DNA of 64,000 nt from Saccharolobus solfataricus P2. GTDB lineage: Archaea; Thermoproteota; Thermoprotei_A; Sulfolobales; Sulfolobaceae. A program made the translations under genes and the position numbers. The notes beneath the pieces were generated by a model. That model searched no databases. It saw only the letters and a list, made by a program, of their open reading frames with translations, and had not been told where the DNA came from. Below are positions 33,056 through 43,910 of the stretch, piece by piece. Every line of letters begins with the position of its first letter. Positions within the stretch are counted from its first letter, which is position 1. The stretch lies in NCBI RefSeq assembly GCF_000007005.1, contig NC_002754.1. The stretch is one strand, 5' to 3'.

Positions 33056-33587
33056 ATATCATATTCCTTCATGGGATGAAATAGAAGATGCGGTTTTTTC
33101 GATAGGCGAGGCTCTAGTTAAGAGTAATTATATTCCAGACGTTTTGATTGCAGTACTAACTGGTGGAATTATACCCGCTAAACTTCTTTCCGACTTGCTA
33201 GATTTGAAAGTAATTAGGTACATAGATATAAAATTTTATCGTAGCGTTGGAAAAACTGAAAGTAAACCAGTCATTAGATCTGTATATACTGATTCCTTAG
33301 AGGGGAAGAAAGTCCTAGTAGTTGATGATGTTGCAGATACTGGTGAAACCTTAGAGGCTGTTAGTAATGTTATAACCATGTTTAACCCAGCTAAAGTGAT
33401 GACTGCGGCTTTATACTTAAAACCGTGGTCTAAGAGGATCCCGGATTTTTATTATAAACAAATTGACAAGTGGATAATTTTCCCGTGGGATAAGTGGGAT
33501 GTTGTTAGGGAAAATAGTAATGTTCCAGTTGACAAAAAGGAGAGATTCTTAAACTTGTATAATCAATTATTAAAGATCAGAAAATAG
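33048..33587 (+). CDS. gpt: Purine (xanthine/guanine/hypoxanthine) phosphoribosyltransferase
   Basis: VLVVDDVADTGETL PRPP motif and WIIFPW. Confidence 0.9.
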   Translation: MVEYHIPSWDEIEDAVFSIGEALVKSNYIPDVLIAVLTGGIIPAKLLSDLLDLKVIRYIDIKFYRSVGKTESKPVIRSVYTDSLEGKKVLVVDDVADTGETLEAVSNVITMFNPAKVMTAALYLKPWSKRIPDFYYKQIDKWIIFPWDKWDVVRENSNVPVDKKERFLNLYNQLLKIRK

Positions 33588-35238
33588 AAGGTTCTTTATA
33601 CTCTCCCCAAATATCTCTTAAAACGCCACTGGTCTCCCCTACTGTTGCCCCTGCCCTTATGGCATCAATCATGTATGGGAATAAATTCTCATTCTCCTTC
33701 TCAGCAATTTTCCGGAGATTATTGAGACTCTCCCTAAGTTTCATCTCATCTCTCTCTTGTTTATACTTCTTTAACCTTGAAATTACCCTTTCCCTAACCT
33801 CCGGATTGACTCTAAATATTTCAGTTGTTCCAATCCATTCTGGTTCATAATACATATTAACGCCAACTTTTCCTAGGTCACCTTCCTCTATTCTTTTCTG
33901 TATCTTATAGGCGCTTTCAGCTATCTGCGCTTGGGGATACCCGTTTTCTATGGCTTTTATCATACCACCCATCTTTTCTACTTGGTCTATAATTTTCCAT
34001 GCCCTCTCCTCTATTTCATCTGTTAGCCACTCTATGTAATATGAACCTCCTAATGGATCTACTACATCAGCCGCTCCACTCTCGTTCGCTATTATCTGCT
34101 GGACCCTTATAGCTATTTTAGCAGCCTTTTCAGTAGGTAATGCTAACGCTTCATCATAAGAATTAACGTGTAAACTCTGGGTTCCGCCCAATACGGCCGC
34201 TAAAGCTTGTAATGTAGTTCTTATGATGTTTATCTCTGGCTGTTGCGCGGTCAATTCAGCGCCACCTGTTTGAGTATGGAACCTTAACATCATTGACTCT
34301 GGTTTCTTAGCGTTGAATACTTCTTTCATTATTTTCGCCCACATTCTCCTAGCAGCTCTAAATTTAGCAACTTCCTCGAATATATCTGAGTAAGCTGCAA
34401 AGAAGAAGGATAAGTGTGGTGCAAATTCATCTACGTTAATTCCTCTCTCCATTGTTTTTCTGACATACTCCATACCGTCAGCTAACGTAAATGCCACTTC
34501 TAATACTGCGTCCGCTCCAGCTTCCCTTATGTGATAGCCACTTATACTTATTGGGTGCCATTTCGGTAAATACTTTGCGGAGTATTCTATAATGTCGATA
34601 GCATATCTCATCGAGGGCGAAGGAGGATATATGAAGTTCTTCCTAGCTATATACTCCTTTAAGATATCGTTCTGAACTGTCCCATCCAAAACGCTCTTGT
34701 TAATATTTCTACTTTCGGAAGTGGCAATCAGCATTGAGAGTAATTCCATAGCGGTGGCATTTATAGTCATTGAAGTGGTAACTTTATCGAGCGGTATTCC
34801 GGACATTACAATATCCATTTCCTTCCAATGGAACATCGATACTCCAACAACTCCAATCTCTGTATAAGCTAATTCATGATCTGGATCTAATCCCAATTGA
34901 GTAGGCAAATCAAAGGCCATACTTAAGCCAGTTTGCCCAGCTTCCAATAATTTCCTAAATCTAGAATTCGTCTCTTCTGCAGATCCAAATCCTGCATATT
35001 GTCTAATTGTCCAAATTCTTCCTCTATACATATTAGGATAGATTCCCCTTGTAAATGGATACTCACCTGGTAATCCTAATTTTTCCATATAATTGCCCTT
35101 GACATCCAATGGTGTATAAACTGGTTTAATATGTATTCCAGAAAACGTTTTGAATTCTTTTTTCCTCTCTCCCCTCTTCTTTACCCAACTTGAATAGACC
35201 TTTTCTTCCCATTCCTTAATTCTATCTTCAACATCCAT
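33577..35238 (-). CDS. mcmA: Methylmalonyl-CoA mutase, large (catalytic) subunit
   Basis: PFTRG.YP.MY, RQYAGF, QNDILKE, SGYHIREAG and GGSYYIE motifs. Confidence 0.95.
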   Translation of the reverse strand: MDVEDRIKEWEEKVYSSWVKKRGERKKEFKTFSGIHIKPVYTPLDVKGNYMEKLGLPGEYPFTRGIYPNMYRGRIWTIRQYAGFGSAEETNSRFRKLLEAGQTGLSMAFDLPTQLGLDPDHELAYTEIGVVGVSMFHWKEMDIVMSGIPLDKVTTSMTINATAMELLSMLIATSESRNINKSVLDGTVQNDILKEYIARKNFIYPPSPSMRYAIDIIEYSAKYLPKWHPISISGYHIREAGADAVLEVAFTLADGMEYVRKTMERGINVDEFAPHLSFFFAAYSDIFEEVAKFRAARRMWAKIMKEVFNAKKPESMMLRFHTQTGGAELTAQQPEINIIRTTLQALAAVLGGTQSLHVNSYDEALALPTEKAAKIAIRVQQIIANESGAADVVDPLGGSYYIEWLTDEIEERAWKIIDQVEKMGGMIKAIENGYPQAQIAESAYKIQKRIEEGDLGKVGVNMYYEPEWIGTTEIFRVNPEVRERVISRLKKYKQERDEMKLRESLNNLRKIAEKENENLFPYMIDAIRAGATVGETSGVLRDIWGEYKEPSIF

Positions 35239-35317
35239 AATATGTTTAAATCTTATAAACACTATAAAACTTTTTCTTCAGGGCAAAACTTTTAAGATTA
35301 AACAATACGATCATTTA

Positions 35318-35746
35318 ATGCAGATAGAAAATCTAGATCATATTGGGATAGTAGTTGGGAATCTAGACGAGGCAATTAAATTTTATCAAAATACTTTTGG
35401 AATGAAATTAGTACATTACGAGTTAATTCCAGAGAGAGGTATAAAGGTAGCGTTTTTAGTTAGTAATGAAAAAAATGAAACCTCAATAGAATTGTTAGAA
35501 CCAATCGATCATAACGACATGAGTAACACTGTGGCCAAGTTTCTGAAAAATAGAGGCCAAGGTTTACATCATTTGGCTATAAAAGTTAGTGATATTAATA
35601 GGGCGTTAGAAGAATTAACAGCTAAAGGCCTTCAATTAGTAGATACTTCCCCAAGAAAGGGCGCAAGAGGACACCTAGTAGCTTTCTTACATCCCAAAAG
35701 CGTTATGGGAGTACTACTTGAATTGGTACAAGCAAAGGAATTATAA
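35318..35746 (+). CDS. mce: Methylmalonyl-CoA epimerase (VOC family)
   Basis: DHIGIVV, IELLEP, GLHHLA, FLHPKS..GVLLELV; divergent from mcmA. Confidence 0.93.
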   Translation: MQIENLDHIGIVVGNLDEAIKFYQNTFGMKLVHYELIPERGIKVAFLVSNEKNETSIELLEPIDHNDMSNTVAKFLKNRGQGLHHLAIKVSDINRALEELTAKGLQLVDTSPRKGARGHLVAFLHPKSVMGVLLELVQAKEL

Positions 35747-35819
35747 ATATCAAGATGCATTGGATAATGGATGTAAGAAACTTTAAAATTATATTTTCAT
35801 TAATATATAACGATAGTCT

Positions 35820-36350
35820 ATGCCCAAGAGGGAAGAAAAGGATATTTTTGATTTAATGGATGAATGGATAAGGGAGATGGAAGAAGAATTCGAGAGAATT
35901 GAAAGGGAGTTTATGAGAGGTTTTAGAGGTAAAGGAGAAGGGATTAGGCAATTTGGGCCATATGTTTATGGATTTAGAATAACTGTAGGGCCAGACGGTG
36001 TGCCGAAAATAGAGGAATTCGGTAACGTTAGGAAAATCAGAGGCAAGCCAATGATATCTGAAGAACGCGAACCATTAGCTGATGTTATTGAGAAAGGTGA
36101 CGAAATTAAGGTTGTGGCTGAAGTGCCCGGAGTTAACAAAGAGGATATTAAAGTTAAAGTGACGAATGGAGGGAAGAAATTGGTAATTACAGCCAAATCA
36201 GAGGATAGGCAATATTATAAGGAGATTGATTTACCAGCAGAAGTAGACGAGAAGGCGGCTAAGGCTAACTTTAAGAATGGTGTTTTAGAGATAACCTTAA
36301 AGAAGAAAGCTTCTTCGTCAGATTCTGGTGTTGACATAAAAGTTGAGTAA
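35820..36350 (+). CDS. hsp20: Small heat-shock protein Hsp20
   Basis: GPYVYGF, EREPLADV, A.FKNGVLEI and C-terminal IxV motif. Confidence 0.93.
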   Translation: MPKREEKDIFDLMDEWIREMEEEFERIEREFMRGFRGKGEGIRQFGPYVYGFRITVGPDGVPKIEEFGNVRKIRGKPMISEEREPLADVIEKGDEIKVVAEVPGVNKEDIKVKVTNGGKKLVITAKSEDRQYYKEIDLPAEVDEKAAKANFKNGVLEITLKKKASSSDSGVDIKVE

Positions 36351-36358
36351 TTTTTTCC
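36351..36358 (+). terminator. Oligo-T terminator after hsp20
   Basis: TTTTTTCC immediately after the stop codon, between convergent genes. Confidence 0.5.
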
Positions 36359-36362
36359 TAAT

Positions 36363-36887
36363 TTAATCAGAATTAGTCAAAATAAGTGGTCTTGTTGATG
36401 CTTTTTCAGATTTTATAAAGCTTAATCCGGATTCATCTTCGATTATTAACGTAAATTTAATTTTACCTTCCATTGCAGATCTTATCCTATCTTCACATTC
36501 CTTATCACAGAAGTTTCCCACTTGATCTAATAATATTTCTAGAATTCCCTCAATTGTAGAGATATAACCTTGAGACATACCAGCAGGTTCTATTTCTATC
36601 CCTAATTCTGGGATTACTATTTTAGCAAAAGCAGACCTATATACTAATGCACTTAAATCGTCCTCATTTTCTATCTTCATCTCAACTAACTTAGGTTCTC
36701 TAGTTTCGTATGGTTTAACATCTCTAAATTTATACCCACAATTCTCACAATACCAATTGGATAAAACTAACTTTCCAGTATGTGGCGTATTATATAGGTA
36801 ATCCACCGCCTTTAACGTCTTAGATTTACATACTGGACATATAAGTGTCTCTTCAAATATTACTTTAGGTTCTTCAGACACTGTCAT
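36363..36887 (-). CDS. ZPR1 zinc-finger protein
   Basis: CPVC...CENC, LGIEIEPG...ISTIEG and FTLIIEDESG motifs. Confidence 0.9.
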   Translation of the reverse strand: MTVSEEPKVIFEETLICPVCKSKTLKAVDYLYNTPHTGKLVLSNWYCENCGYKFRDVKPYETREPKLVEMKIENEDDLSALVYRSAFAKIVIPELGIEIEPAGMSQGYISTIEGILEILLDQVGNFCDKECEDRIRSAMEGKIKFTLIIEDESGLSFIKSEKASTRPLILTNSD

Positions 36888-36948
36888 CCCCTATTAAAAT
36901 TTATTTAGTTGTTCACAAATTTAATACTTGTTAAAGTGATTTGATGTA

Positions 36949-38520
36949 ATGAAATTACCCCGAGAGAATGATGAAGGAAAAGTAGAATATAAGCTTATTC
37001 TTTCAAGTGTAACCCCGGATCGTCTTCAAGAATTAGCTACTCAAATGAAGTATAGGTTAGAGGAAGGTGATGGTGAAGCATTTTACGTTATAGGTGTAAG
37101 TGATGAAGGCGAAATAATAGGGTTATCTAAGGGTCAGCTAGAAGAGAGCATAGCTACGCTGAATATGATCACAAGGTTAGTAAATGCTAAAATTGTATAT
37201 AGAAGGGATGTCGAAGTAAGGAGGGATAAATACGTAGCTGAACTTCTAGTTAGGAGATATAAGGAGAACCTCCCAGTGGAAGTTAATGTTGCGGTAATGG
37301 GTCATGTAAATGCGGGGAAAAGTACTGTTACAGGTGCGTTGGTTCTAGGAAGACTAGATGATGGAAATGGAGGATTAAGAACAGCTATTGCAAGGCATCT
37401 TCATGAAGTCCTATCAGGGAGGACATCTTCCATTACTTTGAGAGTAATTGGATTTGATGATAGTGGTAAGATAGTAAATTGGCAATTAAAGGATCCACTT
37501 GACGAGGCAGAGACAACGATTAAGAGTACTAAGATAGTGAGGCTTATTGACCTAGGGGGTCACGAAAGATATCTCAGAACCACTCTAAAAGGGCTATTAG
37601 GTTATGAGGTGAATTACGTTATGTTAGTTGTTGGGGCTGATGATGGGTTAAGTATAATGGGCAAAGAGCATTTAGCCTTAGCTTCAGTATTAAAATTTCC
37701 TATATTTGTAGTTATTACTAAAGTAGATAAATATCCGGAAGATAGAATAAAAGGCATAGTTAATGATATTAAAAGTGTTCTAAAGATTCCCGGAATTAAT
37801 AGATTGGCTCTAGAAGTTGAGGATGAGGACGATGTAGTAAATTCAATTTTGGCTATAAAGACTAGGCGTGTAGTTCCTATTTTTAAAATATCAAATGTAA
37901 GTGGAAAAGGTTTAGATTTACTTATAAAATTCCTAAACCTATTACCTCCGGAGGCTAAGAATTTAGACGATAGAGGCGCGCCCCTAGTGTATATCGATGA
38001 GATATATAATGTCACAGGGGTTGGCACGGTTGTACTAGGTTCGGTTGTAAGAGGTAAGCTTAACAACAATGAGTCCGTTTTAATTGGGCCTAATAAGTTA
38101 GGAGAGTTTAAGGAGGTTAAAATAAAAAGCATACAAGTAAATAAGGTATTTGTAGATTCCGTTTTAGCTGGGAATATAGCCACGTTTGCTATTCAAGGTA
38201 TTGAAAAGGAAAGTCTCAGAAAAGGAATGGTCATGGTAAAGGGGATACCTAAGGTGGTCAGAAGATTTAAGGCAAGAGTGTTCATACTGCATCATCCAAC
38301 TACTATTAGGGAAGGTTATGTTGCGACCCTCCATTCTTATACAATAAGGCAAGCGGTGAAGTTTGAGAAGATCCAGACAGGGTTTTTAAGAACTGGAGAC
38401 ACCAGTGAAATAGTATTGTATTTCCTATACAGACCAGAATATTTGGAGAAGGGGCAGATTTTCGTATTTAGAGAAGGTAGAACTAGAGGTGTGGGTATCG
38501 TATTGGAACCTATTGGTTAA
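36949..38520 (+). CDS. GTPBP1-like translational GTPase
   Basis: N-terminal E.EYK domain, GHVNAGKST, GRTSS, DLGGH, TKVD and EF-Tu-like domains II/III. Confidence 0.9.
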   Translation: MKLPRENDEGKVEYKLILSSVTPDRLQELATQMKYRLEEGDGEAFYVIGVSDEGEIIGLSKGQLEESIATLNMITRLVNAKIVYRRDVEVRRDKYVAELLVRRYKENLPVEVNVAVMGHVNAGKSTVTGALVLGRLDDGNGGLRTAIARHLHEVLSGRTSSITLRVIGFDDSGKIVNWQLKDPLDEAETTIKSTKIVRLIDLGGHERYLRTTLKGLLGYEVNYVMLVVGADDGLSIMGKEHLALASVLKFPIFVVITKVDKYPEDRIKGIVNDIKSVLKIPGINRLALEVEDEDDVVNSILAIKTRRVVPIFKISNVSGKGLDLLIKFLNLLPPEAKNLDDRGAPLVYIDEIYNVTGVGTVVLGSVVRGKLNNNESVLIGPNKLGEFKEVKIKSIQVNKVFVDSVLAGNIATFAIQGIEKESLRKGMVMVKGIPKVVRRFKARVFILHHPTTIREGYVATLHSYTIRQAVKFEKIQTGFLRTGDTSEIVLYFLYRPEYLEKGQIFVFREGRTRGVGIVLEPIG

Positions 38521-38918
38521 TTTTCCCTACGCTACACTCTATAATCTGCTTTGAGATTTCCTCAGCTTGTGAGCCTATATGCTTCTTTAAACTATTAGCT
38601 AATGGTCCCCCTACTTCATAATCACTGCTCCACTTGATTTTATTTCCAATAATTGTGAGTAATGTGCTTATATTTGCTATTATACCTGGTCCCTCAATAG
38701 TAATTAACGTATCTATATTATCTCCATTAATTTCGTGTTTTTTGACAGTTCCATTAATTTCAATGGTCAAAAAGGAGAATTTTACATAAGCTTTAAAATT
38801 ATTTCCATTAATTTCTTTAACGCCTGGGATACAACCTAATAAATTCTTGTAATCTGAAAAAAAACTGTTTAGCCTTATTTAAATCCTTTATGGTAATTTC
38901 TCCTTCGGTTTTTGTCAT
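38510..38918 (-). pseudogene. CoxG/SRPBCC paralogue split by an extra T in a T8 tract
   Basis: ATG at 38918 stops after 33 aa; deleting one T of 38857-38864 gives a 135-aa ORF (...QFFSDYKNLLGCIPGV...) continuous with 38510-38770. Confidence 0.8.
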
Positions 38919-39334
38919 TTTATCACCCTTTCCTTTATACAATTAAATAAGTCATTGATTATCTTCTCCACCGCACTTCCCATTAACCTTGCGCCTACTG
39001 AGGCTAAAACTCCAGCTACTTTCACATCTGCTGAATAGTTTATCTTACCATCTAGGGCCTCGGCTATTGCATCTATATCTACATTACTATTCATTCCTGT
39101 ACCCTTAGCGATGATTTTTCTTTTATTATCATCTATCTTCTCAAATCTCACATTCGCCCTATATTCTCCTTTTATGAATCCAATCCCAGTTACTCCTACT
39201 ACCTTATACTCTTCACCTTCCTTACTGAAACTCTTTATCCCCGGAAAACATTGTGCAACTTGATCTGGATTATCCAATAGTTTCAGAATTTGATCCTTAG
39301 TTGCGTTTATGCTAATTGAACCCTCATATTTCAT
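38915..39334 (-). CDS. coxG: CoxG-family (SRPBCC) protein
   Basis: L.NPDQVAQCFPG, GVLASVGARL motifs; next to mocA and coxSM. Confidence 0.9.
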   Translation of the reverse strand: MKYEGSISINATKDQILKLLDNPDQVAQCFPGIKSFSKEGEEYKVVGVTGIGFIKGEYRANVRFEKIDDNKRKIIAKGTGMNSNVDIDAIAEALDGKINYSADVKVAGVLASVGARLMGSAVEKIINDLFNCIKERVIK

Positions 39335-39360
39335 AAGTAACAGTTAGAATAGTAGTATAT

Positions 39361-39930
39361 ATGAATATAGGAGTCATTATTTTGGCGGCAGGGGAGGGAA
39401 AGAGGTTTGGAGGAGATAAATTACTAGCAAAAATCGATAATACGCCTATAATTATGAGAACTATTAGAATTTATGGAGATTTAGAAAAGATCATTATTGT
39501 AGGTAAATATGTTAATGAAATGCTTCCCTTACTTATGGATCAAATAGTCATATATAATCCATTTTGGAATGAAGGGATAAGCACGTCACTAAAGCTTGGG
39601 TTGAGATTTTTCAAGGACTATGACGCTGTACTGGTAGCACTGGGTGATATGCCATTTGTAACTAAAGAGGATGTTAATAAGATAATTAACACGTTTAAGC
39701 CAAATTGTAAGGCAGTAATTCCAACACATAAAGGAGAAAGGGGAAACCCAGTATTAATTTCCAAAAGTTTATTTAACGAGATTGAAAAACTAAGAGGAGA
39801 TGTTGGGGCTAGGGTTATATTAAATAAAATAAAGATAGAAGAATTGTGTTTCATAGAATGCAGTGAAGGTGTTTTAATAGATATAGATAAAAAAGAGGAC
39901 TTAATGCGCCTTAGGGATTTCCATCCTTAA
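39361..39930 (+). CDS. mocA: Molybdenum cofactor cytidylyltransferase
   Basis: [32 protein letters not shown] and DID motifs. Confidence 0.9.
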   Translation: MNIGVIILAAGEGKRFGGDKLLAKIDNTPIIMRTIRIYGDLEKIIIVGKYVNEMLPLLMDQIVIYNPFWNEGISTSLKLGLRFFKDYDAVLVALGDMPFVTKEDVNKIINTFKPNCKAVIPTHKGERGNPVLISKSLFNEIEKLRGDVGARVILNKIKIEELCFIECSEGVLIDIDKKEDLMRLRDFHP

Positions 39931-40407
39931 TTTTTCGGATGCTAATTTCACTGCTTCAATGATGTTTTGGTATCCCGTGCATCTACACAAATTACCAGAG
40001 ATTCCTTCTCTAATCTCTTCCTCTGTGGGATTCGGATTCTCTTTGAGTAGCCAATAGGCTTCCATTATCATACCCGGGGTGCAATATCCACACTGTAAAC
40101 CATGTTTCTCCCAAAATGCCTCTTGAATTGGGTGTAGTTTACCATCTTTCGCTAATCCCTCTATAGTTGTTATTTCTGCTCCATCTGCCTCTACAGCCAA
40201 TATTGTACACGATTTAACACTTCTTCCGTCCATAATTACAGTGCATGCCCCACAATTGCTTGTATCACAACCAATGTGAACACCAGTAAATCCTAATTCT
40301 CTAAGCACATGAACTAGTAGCCTTCTAGGCTCTGTTTCAACTTCATAATCTTGTCCATTTACCTTTAGGTGAACTTTTACTTTTTGATCTTTCTCAAACA
40401 CTTTCAT
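39901..40407 (-). CDS. coxS: Molybdenum hydroxylase small [2Fe-2S] subunit (CoxS/CutC-like)
   Basis: [19 protein letters not shown] and GNLCRCTGY motifs. Confidence 0.95.
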   Translation of the reverse strand: MKVFEKDQKVKVHLKVNGQDYEVETEPRRLLVHVLRELGFTGVHIGCDTSNCGACTVIMDGRSVKSCTILAVEADGAEITTIEGLAKDGKLHPIQEAFWEKHGLQCGYCTPGMIMEAYWLLKENPNPTEEEIREGISGNLCRCTGYQNIIEAVKLASEKLRMEIPKAH

Positions 40408-40412
40408 GTATA

Positions 40413-41249
40413 TCACCTATTTAGAGCAGCCAAAATTGCTCTCTTAGTCATAACTTTTACCATTTTCTTTTTATATTCTGCTGATCCCCTTATATCGGAA
40501 GTAGGATTGGCGTAGTCCATCGCCTTTGTAGCAGCTTCTTCTATTAATTTTTCTGATATCTTGCCAGATAATAGTATTTTCTCAGCTTCACTTGCTCTTA
40601 CTGCAGTTTTGTTTACAGCCGTTAAACCTATTCTTGCATCTTCTATTACGTCACCATTTACCTTCAGTGCAACAGCAACTCCTACAATTGCAAAGTCTCC
40701 AGCTCTCCTCTCTAATTTCTGATAGGAGAACTTATAATCCTTAAGTAGGGGAACTTCTATCTCTGTAACTAATTCACCTGGATTCAAATCTGGTGTAAAC
40801 ATATCCTTGGCGAATGAGGAAAAGTTCTCCACTCTTTCTCCTTTGGTACTTCTAATCCTTACCTTTGCATTCATGGCAATCAATGCAGCTGGATAATCCG
40901 CTGAAGGATCTAAATGCGATATACTACCACCTATGGTTCCCATGTTTCTGACTTGTGGATCTGCTATTTTAGATGCAGTTTCACTTAGTAATGGGATGTT
41001 AGCCTTTATTATATCGTAATGAGTAACTATAGGTCCTATTTTTACTACATTTCCTTCCATTTTAATATATTTCAACTCTGGCAATCTCCTTATCTCAACT
41101 AAATATGATGGTCTGAATATTCTCAACTTCAACATTGGTATCAAACTATGACCTCCAGCTAATGGTTTAGCGTCATCGTGAGTCTCTAGAAACTCTAGAG
41201 CCTCTTTTACATTATCTGGAATTACGTAACTAAACTTTGGTGGATACAC
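40413..41249 (-). CDS. coxM: Molybdenum hydroxylase medium FAD subunit (CoxM/CutB-like)
   Basis: [21 protein letters not shown] and RRAGDFA motifs. Confidence 0.95.
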   Translation of the reverse strand: MYPPKFSYVIPDNVKEALEFLETHDDAKPLAGGHSLIPMLKLRIFRPSYLVEIRRLPELKYIKMEGNVVKIGPIVTHYDIIKANIPLLSETASKIADPQVRNMGTIGGSISHLDPSADYPAALIAMNAKVRIRSTKGERVENFSSFAKDMFTPDLNPGELVTEIEVPLLKDYKFSYQKLERRAGDFAIVGVAVALKVNGDVIEDARIGLTAVNKTAVRASEAEKILLSGKISEKLIEEAATKAMDYANPTSDIRGSAEYKKKMVKVMTKRAILAALNR

Positions 41250-41338
41250 ATCCTAAATATTTGTTAGACCTTTATATACTTAGCTCTTATACTTTTAATA
41301 CCTAAACAAAAACATATACCAGACTTATTAGATTTATA

Positions 41339-41476
41339 CTATTTTTTAACATATTTTTCTGGTCTTTTTTTGAATTCTGCCATACACATGGGGCTACAGA
41401 AATAGTATACATTTCCTTTATAATTGAATGAGTAAGGCTTCCGTCTTATCTCATCTCCACACACAGTGCATTTCAT
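41339..41476 (-). CDS. 45-aa YHS/TRASH metal-binding protein (not in ORF track)
   Basis: [45 protein letters not shown]. Confidence 0.85.
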   Translation of the reverse strand: MKCTVCGDEIRRKPYSFNYKGNVYYFCSPMCMAEFKKRPEKYVKK

Positions 41477-41481
41477 CTTTA

Positions 41482-42210
41482 TCACTTAAATTTCCATAAG
41501 TATTCCCTAAATTTAACTACTTCGCCAATTACAATAACCGCTGGAGACGTTACATTATTACTTCTGACAATGTTAACTAGGTCCTTTAACTCCCCAGTAA
41601 AAACTCTCTGGTTTTCTGTAGTTCCATTTTCAATTACAGCGACTGGTTCTCTTTCATTTCTTAATTTTATTAGAATATTAACCATATTTTCTATCTTCCT
41701 AAGACCCATAAGTATTACCAGCGTACCTTTTCTTGGTATGTAATCTTCATCTATCAATTTATCTTCTGCTTTTGTTCCAGATATTATAGTAAATCCACTT
41801 GCTGAGTAAATTCTACTGGTCACAGGGATTCCTGCATAAGCGGGAACAGCAATTGCACTAGTTATCCCGGGAATTACCTCACACTCTATACCTTTGGATA
41901 TAACGTATAAACATTCCTCTTCTCCCCTACCTAAAACATATGGGTCTCCTCCTTTTAATCTAACAACTACTTTATTTTCCATCGCCTTCTTTACTAGTAA
42001 CTCATTTATCTCATCTTGTATTACGTAATCCCCTATATTCTTCCCAACGTATATTTTTTCAGCCTCAATCTTACAAAAATTTAGAAGCTCTTTAGAGATT
42101 AGCCTATCGTAAACCACAACATCAGCCCTCTGTAGGATCTTTAAGCCTTTAACAGTAATTAATTCAGGGTCTCCCGGACCAGCTCCTACTAAATAAACTT
42201 TGCCACTCAT
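41482..42210 (-). CDS. cobA: Uroporphyrinogen-III C-methyltransferase
   Basis: [25 protein letters not shown] and PGITSA motifs. Confidence 0.95.
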   Translation of the reverse strand: MSGKVYLVGAGPGDPELITVKGLKILQRADVVVYDRLISKELLNFCKIEAEKIYVGKNIGDYVIQDEINELLVKKAMENKVVVRLKGGDPYVLGRGEEECLYVISKGIECEVIPGITSAIAVPAYAGIPVTSRIYSASGFTIISGTKAEDKLIDEDYIPRKGTLVILMGLRKIENMVNILIKLRNEREPVAVIENGTTENQRVFTGELKDLVNIVRSNNVTSPAVIVIGEVVKFREYLWKFK

Positions 42211-42797
42211 TAAATCCCCCCTATCTTTCTCATAATATAAATAGCGAATACTATACCTTCTGGAAATTTTATACCATACACAAGTATTATTACTGAGTTT
42301 AGTAGCAATTGGTACGGGATGTTAAATATATCAGAGGCTAAGTATAATAATAACAAGTATATTGTATCTCCAGCGAATCCTAGACTAAATAGGAGAAGTT
42401 TTTCAGTGAATTTTAGAGATGGTATTATATAGCCTATAACAAAACCCCCTAGAAATTCGCAGAGGAAAGATATGACAAATAGCCATTGTATCTTTAATAC
42501 TACTGGATATATCTGAGGCATTAACCATGGAATTATTAATACTAAGCCTAGTGTTACGAATATTATCGCTCTTTTTCTCATTAATAAGGAAACAACAGGT
42601 ATTTTTTCCCCATCATTTTCTATAAATTTTTCTCTCGGTGTATTAGAGATTAATGTATACCATCCTAATAGTCCGCCAGAGAGTATTGGCCCTTGATACG
42701 AGAGTAATCTATCTACTGGGTCGACAAAAACGTAAACTATGATAGAAATTATAAGCAGTGAAAAACCTATATACTTGGCAATTTGAACTACGTCCAT
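42210..42797 (-). CDS. DUF1404-like (CtaG-related) membrane protein
   Basis: Multi-TM pattern; SGGLLG, IPW..P and GFAGDT segments resemble Sulfolobales DUF1404. Confidence 0.55.
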   Translation of the reverse strand: MDVVQIAKYIGFSLLIISIIVYVFVDPVDRLLSYQGPILSGGLLGWYTLISNTPREKFIENDGEKIPVVSLLMRKRAIIFVTLGLVLIIPWLMPQIYPVVLKIQWLFVISFLCEFLGGFVIGYIIPSLKFTEKLLLFSLGFAGDTIYLLLLYLASDIFNIPYQLLLNSVIILVYGIKFPEGIVFAIYIMRKIGGI

Positions 42798-43036
42798 TAT
42801 GGTAAAAATATTGTATATACTATTTTATCTTTTTCATCCTTTTTCTGTATTAGCTTAACTCCTTTCTCACTCATTACGTCTATCCACATATTTACCTGCT
42901 CTTCTTGAGTCCCCTTTAGTGCAATAACCTTTATCTCTTTATTACCTCCTACTTCTAACCAGAACCTTAATAGTCTTATACTCGCCGAGTTTGCGCCACA
43001 TCCACTTTCAGCTTTTGTTAAATCTAATTCCTCCAT
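42797..43036 (-). CDS. Small TusA/SirA-like protein
   Basis: EELDLT...GC N-terminus, KVIA and size of 79 aa. Confidence 0.5.
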   Translation of the reverse strand: MEELDLTKAESGCGANSASIRLLRFWLEVGGNKEIKVIALKGTQEEQVNMWIDVMSEKGVKLIQKKDEKDKIVYTIFLP

Positions 43037-43037
43037 C

Positions 43038-43865
43038 TCAATATATCATCTTAGAGCTTATGTTTAATATTTTTTTGTTCTCTAGAAAGTAAATCTTATC
43101 CCATTTTTCCTTCCTCATTTTATTGACTATTGATTTTATTAGTATGATAGAGTTACAGAAAGCTCCACTACAGTCGGTAGCTTGAGTATCAGTATAATCT
43201 ATACTATTAATCAGTTCTTTTTCTCTCTCGTTATCACTTCTAAACAATACTATCTGTCTATTCGCTGTCATGAAAATTGGGGAGTGGCAAAATTGTTCAA
43301 ATCTCTCACTATTTGTGGCATAACCAAAGATTTCAGCAAACTTCAGCATGGCGTAATACGCAATACCGTAATTTTCCTTATGTCCTACGAAAAACGGATT
43401 ATTTGCCAAATTAAGTAACCTACCGGATTCTTTAATTTCATCTGCTTGCTCTCCTGCAAGTGAATATACTGCACTTAAACTCATTAAGAAAGATAAAGTA
43501 CCAGGTAAGGGAATAATTGGCTTATAGGGAATAAGTATAAGATAGTCAGCTAATCTTGCCAATTGTGAATCCTCATTAGCTGTTATCACATATAGTCTAG
43601 TCTTCCCTTTAAATTTTGTTGCAAGCAATATATTCGACTTTGGCCTTCCGGAAACCGACACTATAACCAAAGGTCTATCTAAATTTTCATAGTGTAATCC
43701 TTCAAATGGATCTAAAGCCTTAAATCTACCGTTAGTTTTACCCTCTATTGTAAGGGCAACTGCATAAGAGTCTCCAGCTCCTGCAATATATGCATTATCT
43801 AACTTTAAGTCTAAATTTACTTTGTAATCTTGTGTTATCTCACGCTCAATCAGATCTGCATACAT
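43038..43865 (-). CDS. SIS-domain sugar isomerase-like protein
   Basis: GAGDSY, SVSGRP, ITAN..S.LA..AD and EQFCHSP motifs. Confidence 0.85.
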   Translation of the reverse strand: MYADLIEREITQDYKVNLDLKLDNAYIAGAGDSYAVALTIEGKTNGRFKALDPFEGLHYENLDRPLVIVSVSGRPKSNILLATKFKGKTRLYVITANEDSQLARLADYLILIPYKPIIPLPGTLSFLMSLSAVYSLAGEQADEIKESGRLLNLANNPFFVGHKENYGIAYYAMLKFAEIFGYATNSERFEQFCHSPIFMTANRQIVLFRSDNEREKELINSIDYTDTQATDCSGAFCNSIILIKSIVNKMRKEKWDKIYFLENKKILNISSKMIY

Positions 43866-43910
43866 TAAATAACTTTAATTAACATTCTGCTTAATAGTGT
43901 TTTAAGAAAA

